Positions 1 through 13,300 of a DNA stretch of 64,000 nt are shown here, piece after piece. The notes below the pieces were generated by a model. The model was not told the DNA's origin. It saw only the letters and a program-made list of their open reading frames with translations, and did not search any database. The number at the start of each line of letters is the position of its first letter. Position 1 is the first letter of the stretch. Origin of the DNA: Enoplolaimus lenunculus (Eukaryota); the NCBI GenBank assembly GCA_030248215.1, contig JASANG010000864.1:124001-188000 (forward strand), read 5' to 3'. Position numbers and translations under genes: made by a program.

Positions 1-189
1 CTCCAACAGAAATCAATATTTAGCTCTATAATAGCACCCAACTTCTCGATTGCGAGCTTGTTGTACTAGCTTTCCCTTCCACAAATTTGAGGATCCGACA
101 CTGGTAACACCCGAATTTTATTGACAATTTTTCTGATTTCCAAGTTTAGCTGTATGGCGTATACAAGTAAAGTATCGGTATCCAAATAT

Positions 190-435
190 CGCTCATATAT
201 AGAACAGGGCAGGAACAGTAGTGTAAGCATATTCCTAAGCCTAAAGATGAGACTATTCCTAAGCCTAAACCTAAGCAAAAAAGTTAGTCTAAAGTTTAAA
301 CTGACTCTTTATTACCTAAACATGGGCCCAATATCGGTATTTTGCATAGTCGGTTCAACAAGTCTAAAGTTTAAACTGACTCTTTATTACCTAAACATGG
401 GCCCAATATCGGTATTTTGCATAGTCGGTTCAACA
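190..435 (+). mobile_element. Degenerate copy of the TTAGGC-bearing MITE with an exact 75-bp tandem duplication (286-360 / 361-435)
   Basis: Has the gaacagggc...aagcatattcctaagcctaa core and the catgggcc end. The 75-bp block is repeated verbatim. Confidence 0.7.
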
Positions 436-1198
436 ATAATACCTCTAAAACCCACAGTTCGTATGGCCTTGTTTAGATACAGGACTGGGTCAGATTCACC
501 ATTCGGCTGTGCATCACCTGGCACTGTAGATCTACACGCTCATAAATTACACCAGTGAAATAATTCCTATAACATTTATTACAATGACGAGCGACCAGCA
601 CAGAAGATAACTGAAAACCAGGGTGTAACCGGAAGCGAAAAATACCGCAACCGCAAGCGAAAATACTAGATTGCTAAAATATTTGACAATTTCAGCAAAT
701 ATTGGTTAAATGTTGTCAAATTGTCAAAATTTTCGTTTTGGCTTATTTTTTAATAACATCCGACAATTTGTTCCTCATTGTATCAATTGTTAAAGCTAAA
801 TACAGTGGACGATAAATGGTGTAAATTATAAAAAAAATCACTAACAAAATTGCCGAAACCTTCGGCGGAAACTCTATTGGAGCTGCAGGTCGATTTTCGG
901 CCGCACCGAAAACAGCCCTCCGTTTGTACTCTGCTTAATATCAATGTCACAATATAGTTCATGCATTTTACAATATTATAATGCTTTTACTATGCAAGTA
1001 CGATATATGTTTCGAATTACGACACAATAGAACACGTATCGTTTATAACCGCATTACCATAAGCTGCGCCTTTTGGTGTTTGAAAATTATTTACAATGCT
1101 ATGACGTTTCTTTTTGGCAATTTACAGCAGTCATCAATTAGTTTAGGACTTATCTCAAACCAATTAAAACGCACATAATTCAGCTGTGACTTAGTAAA

Positions 1199-1579
1199 AC
1201 CAAAAGTGGATGATGTCCACCTTGCAAGAGTGTGCAACTGCTTGGGCTGTGCATGGTACTAAACGCACCAGCTCGCGTTGCATTTTTGTTCACCCCCCCC
1301 TCAATCTGGGGGGGGGGGGGTAAGCAAGAGATTAACAATAAAGTATGCTTCAGTACACCTGCCCCCCTCATTTAAGGGGGGTCAACTATTTTGTTTAATC
1401 ACACTTGCGTGTACGACTATTTAACACAATAATTTTACTACGATATAGAACTGCATACAGACCCCCCCTAAACAAGGGGGGTAGGCTAAAAACGCAACGC
1501 GTGCCGGGTACATTCTTTAATACATAGAATGTACCCAGTTGCACACTCTTGTTATAAAGAGTGATCATCCACTCTTGGT
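1199..1579. mobile_element. Foldback MITE with C-run/G-run hairpins
   Basis: Termini ACCAAAAGTGGATGAT / ATCATCCACTCTTGGT and an inner inverted repeat CAAGAGTGTGCAACTG / CAGTTGCACACTCTTG. A homologous right arm lies at about 27670-27798. Confidence 0.75.
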
Positions 1580-1731
1580 AAAACTGTCTAGATTATTGCA
1601 CATACTCCAGCTATTAATTTCCATGAGTAATAAATATGCACTTTGTAGTACACAACTAATTACCACAGAGAATACACGGTTACCCCTAACTTCCAAAACA
1701 ACAATATAGTTTTGCAGCTAAATGGGTAGGA

Positions 1732-4700
1732 TCACGATAAAATCTCAAATTCTTCATCGCTATCGTATGTCGGCTCCACATACATAAATTCTACAAAAAA
1801 ATTAAATAATTAGTGAAAAGTTCAATATCCCAATAACCGTTCTACGGCATTAAACAGCTTAAGATATTTAAACTAAGCATGCATATTCCATCACCTACTA
1901 TCATAAAAATGTGATAAGTTTTTCAAATAACACTTAAAAACTTAAAAAATTATTTAATTTTTTAGTCAAATCTATAACTATCAAATGCGTGGCAGGAATA
2001 AGTTTCAGAAGAATTAGCATAATAGATGATATGTCTACATCTCCCTTATTTTTGTGTGTAGTTTTTCTTCTTTTCATCAGGCTAACAAATTTCTAAAAGG
2101 AAAACGTCGACCTTTATCAACACAACTGAGCATTAATATCTGATTTATTATGAACATTATGGCAAACATTGCTTTTTACAAAACGTACCTGTTCTAGCAA
2201 TCCTTTCTCCGGTGTACGGTTCAAACGGTGGTATATGTGCAGGATGCTTGTGCATTAATTCAAATAGCGGCGGATTGCTGCATTTGAGCAAACTCTAAAA
2301 CGAAAATACCAAAATCTTACTTAACGGATCGTTGCAAAAGTTACGAATGTGTCAAAACATTGTAACGTTCTACAAAACTTAAACTACGCTGCGCTGACAA
2401 TATTTAGCTAATGGTTACTATAAAATAAAATAAACTTTAGGCATACAAACTTAAAAAATGAGCTGAGTTGAAATTAGAAGGAGCCCGTTACCCCATCAAA
2501 GCAAAACCACGGTGCAGTTTTGTTTCAGGTAATAAATACAGTAATAGTTTTTGTTGAAATTTTCATTTTGAAAAATTTAATGCATACTGACATATAGCAC
2601 AGACAGTTTGCAGTTCCAAACATTTTAATTCAGTACAACAATGTTTGACGTAAGCACCTAAGCTGCAGCGTATAAGCTAGACTTACTTTTTCAAACGCAC
2701 GACACAAGTTTTCAAACTCTGCTTCAGTACTGCAATAAAACGTCTGCAAAAAAATAAAAATATAAAATGGTATGATCAATTCATTTTCCACGCATTAAAA
2801 TTGTTAACAAGACCTGAAAACTGCTAGCACTTTCCGTTCAAAGACTACAAACACTCTAGTCCGCCTTTCCTCACGTTTGCAACAACGTATATAAGTTGAA
2901 ATTCGAAACAACGTTGCAGCTGTATTACCAGCGGTTAACATTATTATAGAAGCCAACTGAAATTTCAAACAAATACCATTAAACATAATATTACCAGAGC
3001 CAGCGAGGGATCAATATTACTGATTGGCATTCGATTCAAGGTATCACAATGAAATGAGCTATCGTCAAATTCTGGAACCTGTGCAGCGCTAGCCCATTCA
3101 GCTTGGCCTGCCAAGCTATTGGGCAGAAGTGAATTAAGGTTGCCGGTTAGTTTGGGTTCGCTTCCCGCAAACAATTGAGCCGCTACAGAACATAGAGGCC
3201 CAACTGACAGATCCACATTCACCTGACAGACATGAGGATCGAGATAGATAAATTCATCGTCTGAAAAAGTATAAACCACAAAAACCTTTTTTCTGACGAA
3301 TTTTAAAGTTTGTGAAGTGAAACTTCTGTCAAAACTGTGTGTTCCTGGCCACTGTAATAAAAAATGCTGACAAACAGCCAAACATAATGTAGCTTACTCA
3401 TTGCTTATAGACGTAAATAATTATAATAGGCTCTCGAATAATAAAATAACTGCTGAGTCAACACAAAAATACTGAATTAACTGGTTCTAAACACAGGGCA
3501 TACACGTTGCTAAGGATAAACGCTGCTCACCAATTACGCCAATAAAATATAACGCGTGATTCGGTCGACCTCCAATGATACCAAGGCACTGTTTTAACAT
3601 AAAAAATTCCTTAAAACAAAATATATATGTCAATTGCAAGCACATCAATTTTTTCTTTTATTTTACAAATAATCAATTCATTTAGTCACAGAAATAATTC
3701 ACTCCATTCAAGACATTACTCGCAGTAACTATTCCTGTTACCAGCATACGGAGCAGTCAAAATACTTCACACTGTAACCAAAAACGTTCAAAACTCACCA
3801 TCTACGAACCTTACCTTGAGTGCTGGCAAATAATTCGAGTTCAAGTTGGCGAGACCCAATCGCAAAGGCACTACTAGCAACAGAGGTCTCCAGGTTTTGT
3901 TTTCACAATCTGCAGCTGGTGATTTATTTTCAGACCCTGATTTTCCGAGACCCGAATCATAACTACAATCGGTCGCTAATCGAGACTTCTTTTCATCACT
4001 TGTACAACCATCAAAGTTTTCTTCAACGCTGAGCATAGCACCATTAACTTGGTTGATAACTTGAGTTTGACTAGGCAAAGCTGACGTGTTTTCAGTAGCA
4101 TTAGATTTGGTAGATGTGGAGATGTCCTTGTGGGTTTCATTCGAAGCACTGCTTATTGAGCAAACTGGAGCTACAACGGAAATCTTCAAAAAAGTACCAA
4201 TACAGTATACGCCTGTTGATTAGTAATTAACACTAGTGTTGTAGTTTTTAAGCCATTAATTAGAATCTTTGAAGTTAATTTTTGTTTAAATTTGGCGTCA
4301 TCTGGAGTCGGAACAAACTACGTAAATATTTTCAATTCACGCGAATAATATTGGCAAAGGCTTAATGAAAACCTACCATAGTACAAACTATTAATAGGAG
4401 CAATAAGTTTTAAAACACGTGATCTTGATCCAAAATGCAATATATTCTGGGTTACCTGGAACTTCTGAACACGTTGGCTGGACTGGAAATACAGAGAACG
4501 AAGGATCAAGCAATAATGGCGACTGTATTAGCTGACATGCTGGTTTAAGCTTCATTTTACAATATGTTACGATATCTTCGACAATTACGACGTTATCCAT
4601 AGCAACGTGAATGGCGATTCCGCTCCACTCATCATAAACGGAAAGTTTTCTAGTGTAAATACACAAAAATATGAGCAGTAATTTAACAAAGTGTATTGTA

Positions 4701-6650
4701 ATACATCTGTTCAATACATTAGTAAACTACGGACATCAACGACAGAAACTACGTGGTGAGAAAGAACGCCATGCCTTCTACGAACATTTTAGCTTTCAGC
4801 TCAGCCCAGCCCAAAATATCTTCTGCACCGAGAAATAGATTTTGTGTTGCAAAAATTATCCCTGCCCTATTATATTCATATCGAACAATTTAAATATTAT
4901 GCAACCTTAAATTTAAAAGACAGCTTCCAGTGAACAATCGTGTTCTATAGCGTAACAATAAGCACAGTTTTTAATAACAAAGTGCACCGAAACCAGTTAA
5001 CCCGGTGTTACTGGCTAATAGCATACTTTAACACATGCGCAACAGTGTTCGGACCCATCCATTCTCCGGTTTCCTTGCCTTCTGATACTCCCATTTGCGC
5101 TGGAAAAATAATAACAATACTAATATAATATGTACAACTCTAAATGTTTGGCAATAGTACTGACAAAACGCATTTGGTGACCGTAAAACTTACGCTTGAA
5201 ATAGAACAAGGCCAAACTTTTGCATGCCAAGTACGTTTCAAAAATTTAACTTTCGATCATGACGCAAGTTAAACGTTTACAATTTTTGAAATGATTAAAA
5301 ACGTTTGTAATCGATATTTATTTTAAATTAAAAAATCATCCTAGTAGTTATTTTTGTTAGGCGCTACCGTAAAAAAATCCAATACAGTTTACAAACAAAT
5401 ACAAAAGCAGCGGAATGTACTGCATTTAGACCTGACTTCCCCTAAAAATATTTCTAATCAAAGAAAAACGAACGAATTGTATTAAATTTGTGCCAATTCT
5501 CCAAAACTAACCTATTTGATGTATTGAGTATAAACAGTGCTTTTTATCCTGAAACATGGCAAGAATTCGTCGATATACCGGGTTGTCTTTATCGTGTAAC
5601 CATTGCCAATCTGAAACCTGACAATAATGCTCTGCAGGCGCGAAGCCGAAAGTTTGTTAGGAAATTATGTTTACTTTAGTATATCTGACAACAATTTGAA
5701 GTACGTAAAAATATATTTTATCTAAACATGCTAAAAAATAAGTGACCACAGTTCGTTTTGAAATACTTGTCTATCCGCATTAAACAGCGTAAATGGCTAA
5801 TAATTTCTATTAACGCACTTCTACCCAGATGGCGGTAAATCATAGCTTGAGCGAGCATCATTTGTCCGCATCGCAACATGCAACCCCATCCCTGATCCGA
5901 TGTTGGGCCACTGCCGCCTGAAATTCACCAGTACTGATAATTCTGTTCAATATTAAACAATTTTCAAGTAAAGTAAATCATCGTTAATGGTAAGAAATGC
6001 ATTAAGTGTAGTACGTTCAAACGTCTGTTTTTAACTTACATAGCGAGTATCTTTTGAAGTAATTGCAAGAAATGCTAAACTGCTGCGTAAAGTTAAAGAC
6101 GACAAATCATTTTCGTGTATTAAAAACTATATAGTGTTGAAAGGATATATCGGTATTCGCGAAAATCAGGGTATCGCTATCGGTATCATTATATCGGGAT
6201 TTTATTGCATCGATTCAACACACTAGATAAAACTAATAATTCGTCACACTAAAATCTCTTACCAATAGGAGAAAAATTCCTGCGATACGTAAACCATAAC
6301 AATGACTGAATCAGTGATCGTAGCTGCTTCACATCTAAACTAATTGAAGATAAATTTTTTTGTGTCTGTTCTGCCGATAAACCAAATCGTGTAAAACGAA
6401 AACCAAATCATTTCAATGTCAAAACAAACTTAACAACAAAATCTGCATAGTGTGCAACTAGATTTGGCTAAGTAGTGCCCCTACTAAAATATCTTATGAA
6501 AAATCCGAATATCTAAATCAAACAAATATATATGTTCTTACCAAATTTCGTGTCAAAGCATTGACCCAATATCCAAACAGTTTTCTGGTCTTTATCAAGC
6601 AGTTCAAACCCAGTGCTGTCATGGTCAAGCAACACACATCCGTCTAACAT
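1732..6650 (-). CDS. ATG4: Cysteine protease ATG4 (ATG4A/B-like), paralogue 1; 12 exons
   Basis: Phase-consistent GT-AG exons: 6650-6542, 6334-6263, 5917-5819, 5610-5512, 5099-5027, 4649-4456, 4170-3815, 3609-3531, 3260-2995, 2743-2687, 2294-2189, 1790-1732. Motifs: [31 protein letters not shown] (catalytic Cys), [45 protein letters not shown] (Asp/His), IDPSLAL, and the C-terminal [14 protein letters not shown]. Confidence 0.96.
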
Positions 6651-6855
6651 ATTTATGTATAATCTTTGCATACGTGCAATGCAAACCTACATACTATAAC
6701 AGCAAAAATAACAATATAGAATATTGAACGATGTAATACCCGAATTAAAAAGTCAACACGTAATGCACATTGCATTGAAAACTACACAGTATACAGCGTA
6801 CGTAAGACACTGGTAAACAATGCATATAATAGCTAGCACAAGTAGGTAAATCAGT

Positions 6856-6950
6856 GCCGTGATAGCTGAGTTGGTAAGAGCGTTGGCCCGGTTAGCCAAG
6901 GTCGCTGGTTCGAATCCAGCCATGATCAATTGTTTCACTACTTCGCACTA
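6856..6950 (+). pseudogene. tRNA-derived SINE head or pseudo-tRNA
   Basis: A-box TAGCTGAGTTGG, B-box GGTTCGAATCC, a perfect T-arm (GCTGG/CCAGC) and anticodon stem (TTGGC/GCCAA), but the acceptor stem is broken. Shares its 3' tail with the copy at 57628. Confidence 0.7.
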
Positions 6951-8574
6951 ACATAACACATATACATTGTCCATAAAACGGCAAAACCTTACACACAATA
7001 AATTAGAAATTATCCCTTCATCAATGGATACAAACAATATTATTGTTCTATCGTCCACCTGTGTACGATGATAATTCAATCAAAACATAATCTTACGTTT
7101 CCGGAAGCAGTTTGAAACTATAATAAAACGAGTTTTTGTCCAACTGTACGTATTTAACGGTATTAGTATTATACAAATAGATATTTTCCGGTGCGACTAG
7201 CCATGTATATTTTCTATACTTTCGTGATATTAATTGCAAACCTTGTATTATCAAATAATTGACAAGAATCATGCTATAGAATTAAATTCCACGTGTGAAC
7301 GCAGTCGGTAGTTGTTTGCAATTCTTATACTTGCATTTGATTGGCCAATCAGAAGTGATGTGGTTTAACGTCTTCTGAATTGATTCAGACTTTAAGAATT
7401 TATTCAAAAATCTGGAACTAATTCAAATATTAGGCTGGTTTTATATTTTCCAGTCTACAGCGATTGTTCCGGTTTCTTTTCCAATTTTTAGGCGCGAATA
7501 AAAAACGGGTCGATATACAATTGTTTTCGAGTCAAAAAATTTCGAATAGAACCTTTCAAGCGTGAATGTTTTTTGCAGCCGAAACTTGAAGCTGCAAGTT
7601 TTTTATAAAAAATTCATTCGAAGGACTGCTGCTGCAATTTATTCATGATGAATATACGCCCCGAATTAATTCATCGGTATGAATAACCTTGCAAGTCGAA
7701 TTGTTAATTCGTCATTATTGTCTGACGAGCACTGAGCAGTTGATTTACAGATTATGTTTGATATTCGTTGCTGTATCGGCAAATTATTCGCATTATTGAT
7801 CTCAAGTCTAGATTCGTATGATAATTATATTCCGTTGTAAATACTTGCAGCTGCAAGAAACCAGTACAGAGTGCAGCTGCGAGATCTCGCTGCAAAAACT
7901 TGCACGTGTGAATTTGGTTTTCTAAATTTACTGCAAAATGATGCTTATTAGGTTGGTTCCGCTTAAATTTTTAGGAGTTTGCATTAGTTTGAAAACGTTG
8001 CAACTTTTCATCACGTTCGTTTCACGTTCAGCCAATCCAGTACAGTTGACGTAGCAGTTTTTGCACAATGACATTCGATTACAAAAAATTGTTTGTAAAC
8101 GACTTAAACTGATGTGAATGTATTTTCATTCTTTGCCAGGAAAGAACCGTATCTATGTCTGCGAACCTCAGGATAAAAATTTGCCGAAAATTATAGGAAG
8201 ATCTAAAGATATAACGAAAAAATTTCGAAAGCGTTGGGATCTAGAAACTAAACTTGATTTTTAAAAACAGAATACTGGCATTTGCTTTCAAGTGGGTCCG
8301 ATTACGGGATATAAATACAAACTTTAAAAAGTCTTCGCGAGCGAAACGAGCAAAATGCCAAACGCAGTCTCTGCAAAAATATATTCAACCTCAACACAAA
8401 ATACAGTTCTATCGTCAGCCTGTTTGAGGGATATTAGTGTGAAAATAAATCTGCTTTTTAACCACATCCGCAATCAAGAGGGGGCAGAAGGGAGCAGCCG
8501 CCCCGTTTCACGGCTAACAACCAAAAAGTTTCCGAAAAAAATTGGCACGTGTTACATGCTTAATGTGTCTCTGC

Positions 8575-8965
8575 CAGGGTGTAACCGAATGTCCGTTTCC
8601 GTTACCGTCTTCGTTAAAAATCGGTGTCCGTTATGGTTCCCCTTTCTGTTAATATAGAAATACCGGAAATGCTATTTTTATGCTCAAAAATGAGTTGTAG
8701 TAAATCACGTATATGTCTCGAAATTTTTCATTACAGGTATGCGGCGATTGTTTGAAATGAAAAAAATTACGAAACTCATTCAGAATCTTAAAATTTTCGT
8801 TGCATTCGCTATTTTTTCTCTAAAATTTTACAAAGCCCAATGAATATTTGCATACCTTAATTGTGTTGGCGGAAAAATAAAACATATTTGAAACTTTTAT
8901 ACTTCAATATCTGTTTTCCGCTTCGGCTTCCATTTCCACTATTTTTACTATCTATTTACACCCGG
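8575..8965 (+). mobile_element. hAT-type MITE (CAGGGTGTAA termini)
   Basis: TIR CAGGGTGTAA / TTACACCCGG with a near-perfect 8-bp TSD gtctctgc/gtcgctgc. An inverted homologue lies at about 37515-37897; related ends occur at 619 and 45197. Confidence 0.75.
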
Positions 8966-10066
8966 GTCGCTGCCCACTGCAATAGTTTTGGCTATTTAAA
9001 AATGTTAACGCCTACATATTTGGTACATTCCTTAGGACGAACTCCACAACATTATTATTCCCAGAAAAAGACATACGCATTTAAACATATTTCAGTTTAT
9101 AAATCAGGGTCTGAAATTTTAAAAACTCACTCTAAAATTTGACACATTAACGTCAGTGTTGCTCAGAATTACAGTCAAATTTTTCCGCAGGGGTCAGAAT
9201 CATTCGAACTTAATAACGAATTTAAAAAACTGATTTTCCTCTGTACAATGATATTAATATTATGATATTAAAATGCAAATTTGATATGTTGGTCCTCTTC
9301 AACTTAATGTTGGCATAGAATGCTGTAAACTTTGTGCAACAATTTTGGCCAATTTGTGATTTATCACCTCAAATAACCTTGTGATTAAAAAGCAATATTT
9401 AAAATGTGTAAATTTGAAGTGTAATTAAAATGCGGCCTATTAAAAAGACAACTGTTTTAAAACATTGTGATATATTTCTAAAAGCACCGCTCTGATTACG
9501 CACCCTCGCACTGCAGAGTGGAGTTGTAGAATGTATATATCTTTTGCGAACAAAACGGGGTTCGTATGTTTTTATGTTTTCTCTGCCCAATTGTGAAAAC
9601 TAGAATGCTTTTTCGGGCAAAATTGTTCTTTTTTACCTACCACATTGCAAAATGCTATAGCGATCTCTGTCTGTTTAGTAATTTTGCAAGAAGTGATGAA
9701 CTATTGATTATCACTGTCGATTCCAATGAGTTGATTGATCAACTCATCTAGCGAATTAGTACCTGGCAAAGTTAATATCAGCAAACATTTTAATAAACTC
9801 TGATTTGAGTCAATTCTGACTATAACTTGAGTTAATTTCAAGTGGTAAATTGATTAATGATTTCAAAATCATTGGTATCTACTCAGAGTTCTGAGTTTTG
9901 AATGCCTAATTCAAACTCAGGGATTCAATTCATTATGAATTCAGATCAACTCAATGACATTTAACAGTATATAGACCATAATTCCATATTTCACACTAAT
10001 TCACTTTCAAACTTGACTCCACACTTCTTAATCGCGAGTCTTTCTATATTTTCTGAGGCAAATTTA

Positions 10067-10269
10067 CACTGCAAAAAATGGTGAGTCAAATTGACTCTCT
10101 ACGAAATAGGCTTTTCCTGACTGCACAAACTGAGTCAAATTTTTTGACTCCGCCTGTCAGTCAAATCCAACTCAATTTGACTCTGGCGGAGTCGAATTTT
10201 GGCTCAGTTTGTGTAGCCAGGAAAAATCTATTTCGGAGAGAGTCAATTTGACTCACCATTTTTTCAGTC
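10067..10269. mobile_element. Near-perfect 200-bp palindromic MITE (CACTG...CAGTC, TA-flanked)
   Basis: The left arm CACTGCAAAAAATGGTGAGTCAAATTGACTCTCT pairs with GAGAGTCAATTTGACTCACCATTTTTTCAGT, and pairing continues almost to the centre. Confidence 0.85.
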
Positions 10270-10337
10270 TAAGTAAAGTATAAAGAACGAACGATTGAAA
10301 AACTTTTAAATTTTAACCGAACGAAGAGTGACACGTC

Positions 10338-13300
10338 ATGACTCAAACTTCGACAACAGGAATCACCTTTAGCGATAGTAACACAAGCAGAAGAGCGAGT
10401 TCAACGGCCGGACATCCGACAACAAAATGGGCCAAACTAAAACTGAAACTTAGTCAAGTTTCGACAACTTTAGGGATCGGAAATTGGGTACCAATTGTAA
10501 TACTGGTCGCGTATTCATTTGTCGGCGCCGGAGTATTTGTTTGGGCAGAACGAAGCAGAGATACACGTATGCGAACAGCATATCACAACAAATTAAACGC
10601 TAATCGAGAAATATTTATCGCCAAATTGCACGAAATACGGCAACGTATCAGCGAAACCGCTGCAGTTGCAATTGCTGCAAATAGATATGCAAATGAACAA
10701 ATTGAGCAATATGAGGTTGATGCAAGCGATCTTGGCATAGATGGCTCACAAGGCCGGAGGTGGGAAATGAGTAAGGGTTCTGGTATGTTCGCAGGCAGCT
10801 TGAAACGGTTTCCAGCAGATGAACATTTCGACGAGGCACAAGATTCGACGGTGGAGCGACAAAAACGATCAGCTGTCACAACAGCAAATATTGGACAAAC
10901 AGAGTTTACTGATAGCAGCAGTTTTTCATACTTAGAACGCATCAATCCAGCTACGATTTCGACGACTTCAGTAACGACAGGGCCATTTCATGATGAAGGG
11001 TGGCCTGCAGGACAAGATGGCACCAAACGAAACGGTTCTAATCACCCTGACCCTAACCAGAGGCAATGTTACAATTTTATTCGAATAAAGAACGGTATTA
11101 ACGACGCAAATAAAGCGTTTATAGCGTATCTCGATGTTATTATCGAATCATTTACGAATTGGCATAATTATGTCGATATTGAAAACAATTATTCGAACCG
11201 AAACAATGTATCAAGCAACGACAGTATGGAGACGATTGAAAAAGCGCCGGCAACATCAAATACTCAAGTAAATTATGTAACCTAGAGCCCTTGTCGCACC
11301 CATAACCAGATAGTGATAGGTTTTTCATACACGAACTTAGTTTAGAATTTAAATTTTGTACACAGTATGAATAGATACAACGGGCTATATAGCCAGAAGT
11401 TTGACTCTGGCTCCGAATGAAAATACAAATCCGGCTGCGGGAAAACGGTTGCCGGAGGTTCCGACAATTTCGGCAGCGGAATTTTATATATTCTTATCAA
11501 AGCTCTATAACCAATCACCAGTATAATGTTTGTTTGTAACTTTGAAGCTAATTTGAAAGTTTTATATTTAAGAATTGCCAAGATTTTCGAAAAAATGTTT
11601 TAAGCCAAATTTTTTTGCTACACATTGCAAAATATTGTTAAAATCAGCAAATGCAAAACGATTTTTTTGCTAATTTTGTTTCGCTTCCCGTTCCGGCAAA
11701 ATTTGTTGACGGGTTGGATTTCCAAACTTTTCCCGATGCAGCGACAAAGGAACGTATTTCATCGCTATAACATTTCGGTCTTTCGCCACTTGTCCGAAAG
11801 CTTTTTCCGCAGCATCAAAAGAATTCTATGTGAAGAAATTTTTTCTGCACCAATGGAAATTTTCTCGCCTACCATCTACTAAATCCTTGTTGCGAGGCTG
11901 AATTGCGATCATATATAAAGAAAATGCAAAACAGATATTTAAGTATAAAACCGAGACACAGATTTTAACCGGTCATCGTCAGTGCGGCTTTAGATATTTC
12001 TGCCGATGTTTAAAACAGGGCCGTAACAGTAGTATAAGCGTATTCTCAAGTCTAAGCCGAAGATTGCAGTCCTGCAGGATACATTCCCATCCATGATCTT
12101 TACATTGGCCGATATTTCAACTGTTTTCACACACAGGTACTTCTACGAGTGCTAGAAGAGCTAGAACTCGGGTATTCTAATAAGACTGAAGATTGGAAAC
12201 ACAACGAGACAAGAGACGCCGTTTTGTGGTACGAGGCTGCTCTTGGTATTAAAGATTGGCAATCAATGTTATCGAAATCGCCATGGGATTTATGGGGAGC
12301 ATTGTTTTATGCTGGAACACTGTACACCACTATTGGTAAGTTGTTGCTAGAAGGTTCGACAACCCTGAGTTCTGATTGGCTAAATAAATTAAATGCATTA
12401 TATGCTCCAGAAACTAGTAGGTATGTATTTTTTAATTTCATGAATCTACGATAAGGTGTCACTCGACATTTTGTCGACCCCAATAATTTGTGGCCCCAAA
12501 GATCGTCGACCCCAACAATTTGTGGCCCCAAAGATCGTCGACCCCAACAATTTGTGGCCCCGAGAGATCGTCGACCCCGACAATTTGTGGCCCCGAAAGA
12601 TCGTCGACCCCGACAATTTGTGGCCCCGAGAGATCGTCGATCCCGACAATTTGTGGCCCCGAGAGATCGTCGATCCTGATATTTTGTGGCCCCGAAAGAT
12701 CGTCGACCCCGACAAGTTGTGGCCCCGAAAGATCGTGGACCCCGACAATTTGTGGCCCTGAAAGATCGTCGACCCCGACAATTTGTGGCCCCGAAAGATC
12801 GTCGACCCCGACAATTTGTGGCCCCGAAAGATCGTCGACCCCGACAATTTGTGGCCCCGAGAGATCGTCGATCCCGACAATTTGTGGCCCCGAAAGATCG
12901 TCGACCCCGACAATTTGTGGCCCCGAGAGATCGTCGACCCCGACAATTTGTGGCCCCGAAAGATCGTCGACCCCGACAATTTGTGGCCCCGAGAAATCGT
13001 CGATCCCGACAAGTTGTGGCCCCGAAAAATCGTCGACCCCAACAATTTGTGGCCCCGAAGGATCGCTAACCCCGACAATTTGTGGCCCGAAAGATCGTCG
13101 ACCCCGACAACTTGTGGCTCCGAATGATCGTCGACCCCGACAACTTGCGGCCCCGAAAGATCGTCGACCCCGACAACCTGTCGTCGGACATTTCGAGATT
13201 TCACAAACTCCCGCTCCGATATCTTGGCGAGTTCGATAATTTGTCCGATATCTCGATTACCTATTATATATTGAGCTGAAATAAAAACCCAAAATAATGC

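Noticed and set aside
121..558. 145-aa ORF with a duplicated 25-aa block
   Set aside because: It overlaps MITE sequence and a 75-bp tandem duplication; no protein similarity recognised.
2081..2092. Alternative ATG4 terminal exon (ttttag then EIC-stop) lacking the LIR
   Set aside because: Only a plausible AG with no conservation. The exon at 1790-1732 matches the paralogue and the family C-terminus.
6856..6927. Functional tRNA gene
   Set aside because: The acceptor stem does not pair, U33 is missing, and it shares a non-tRNA tail with another copy.
12446..13279. Long repetitive ORFs on both strands (up to 252 aa)
   Set aside because: Artefact of a stop-free 33-bp unit inside an intron; the flanking K2P exons join in frame without it.
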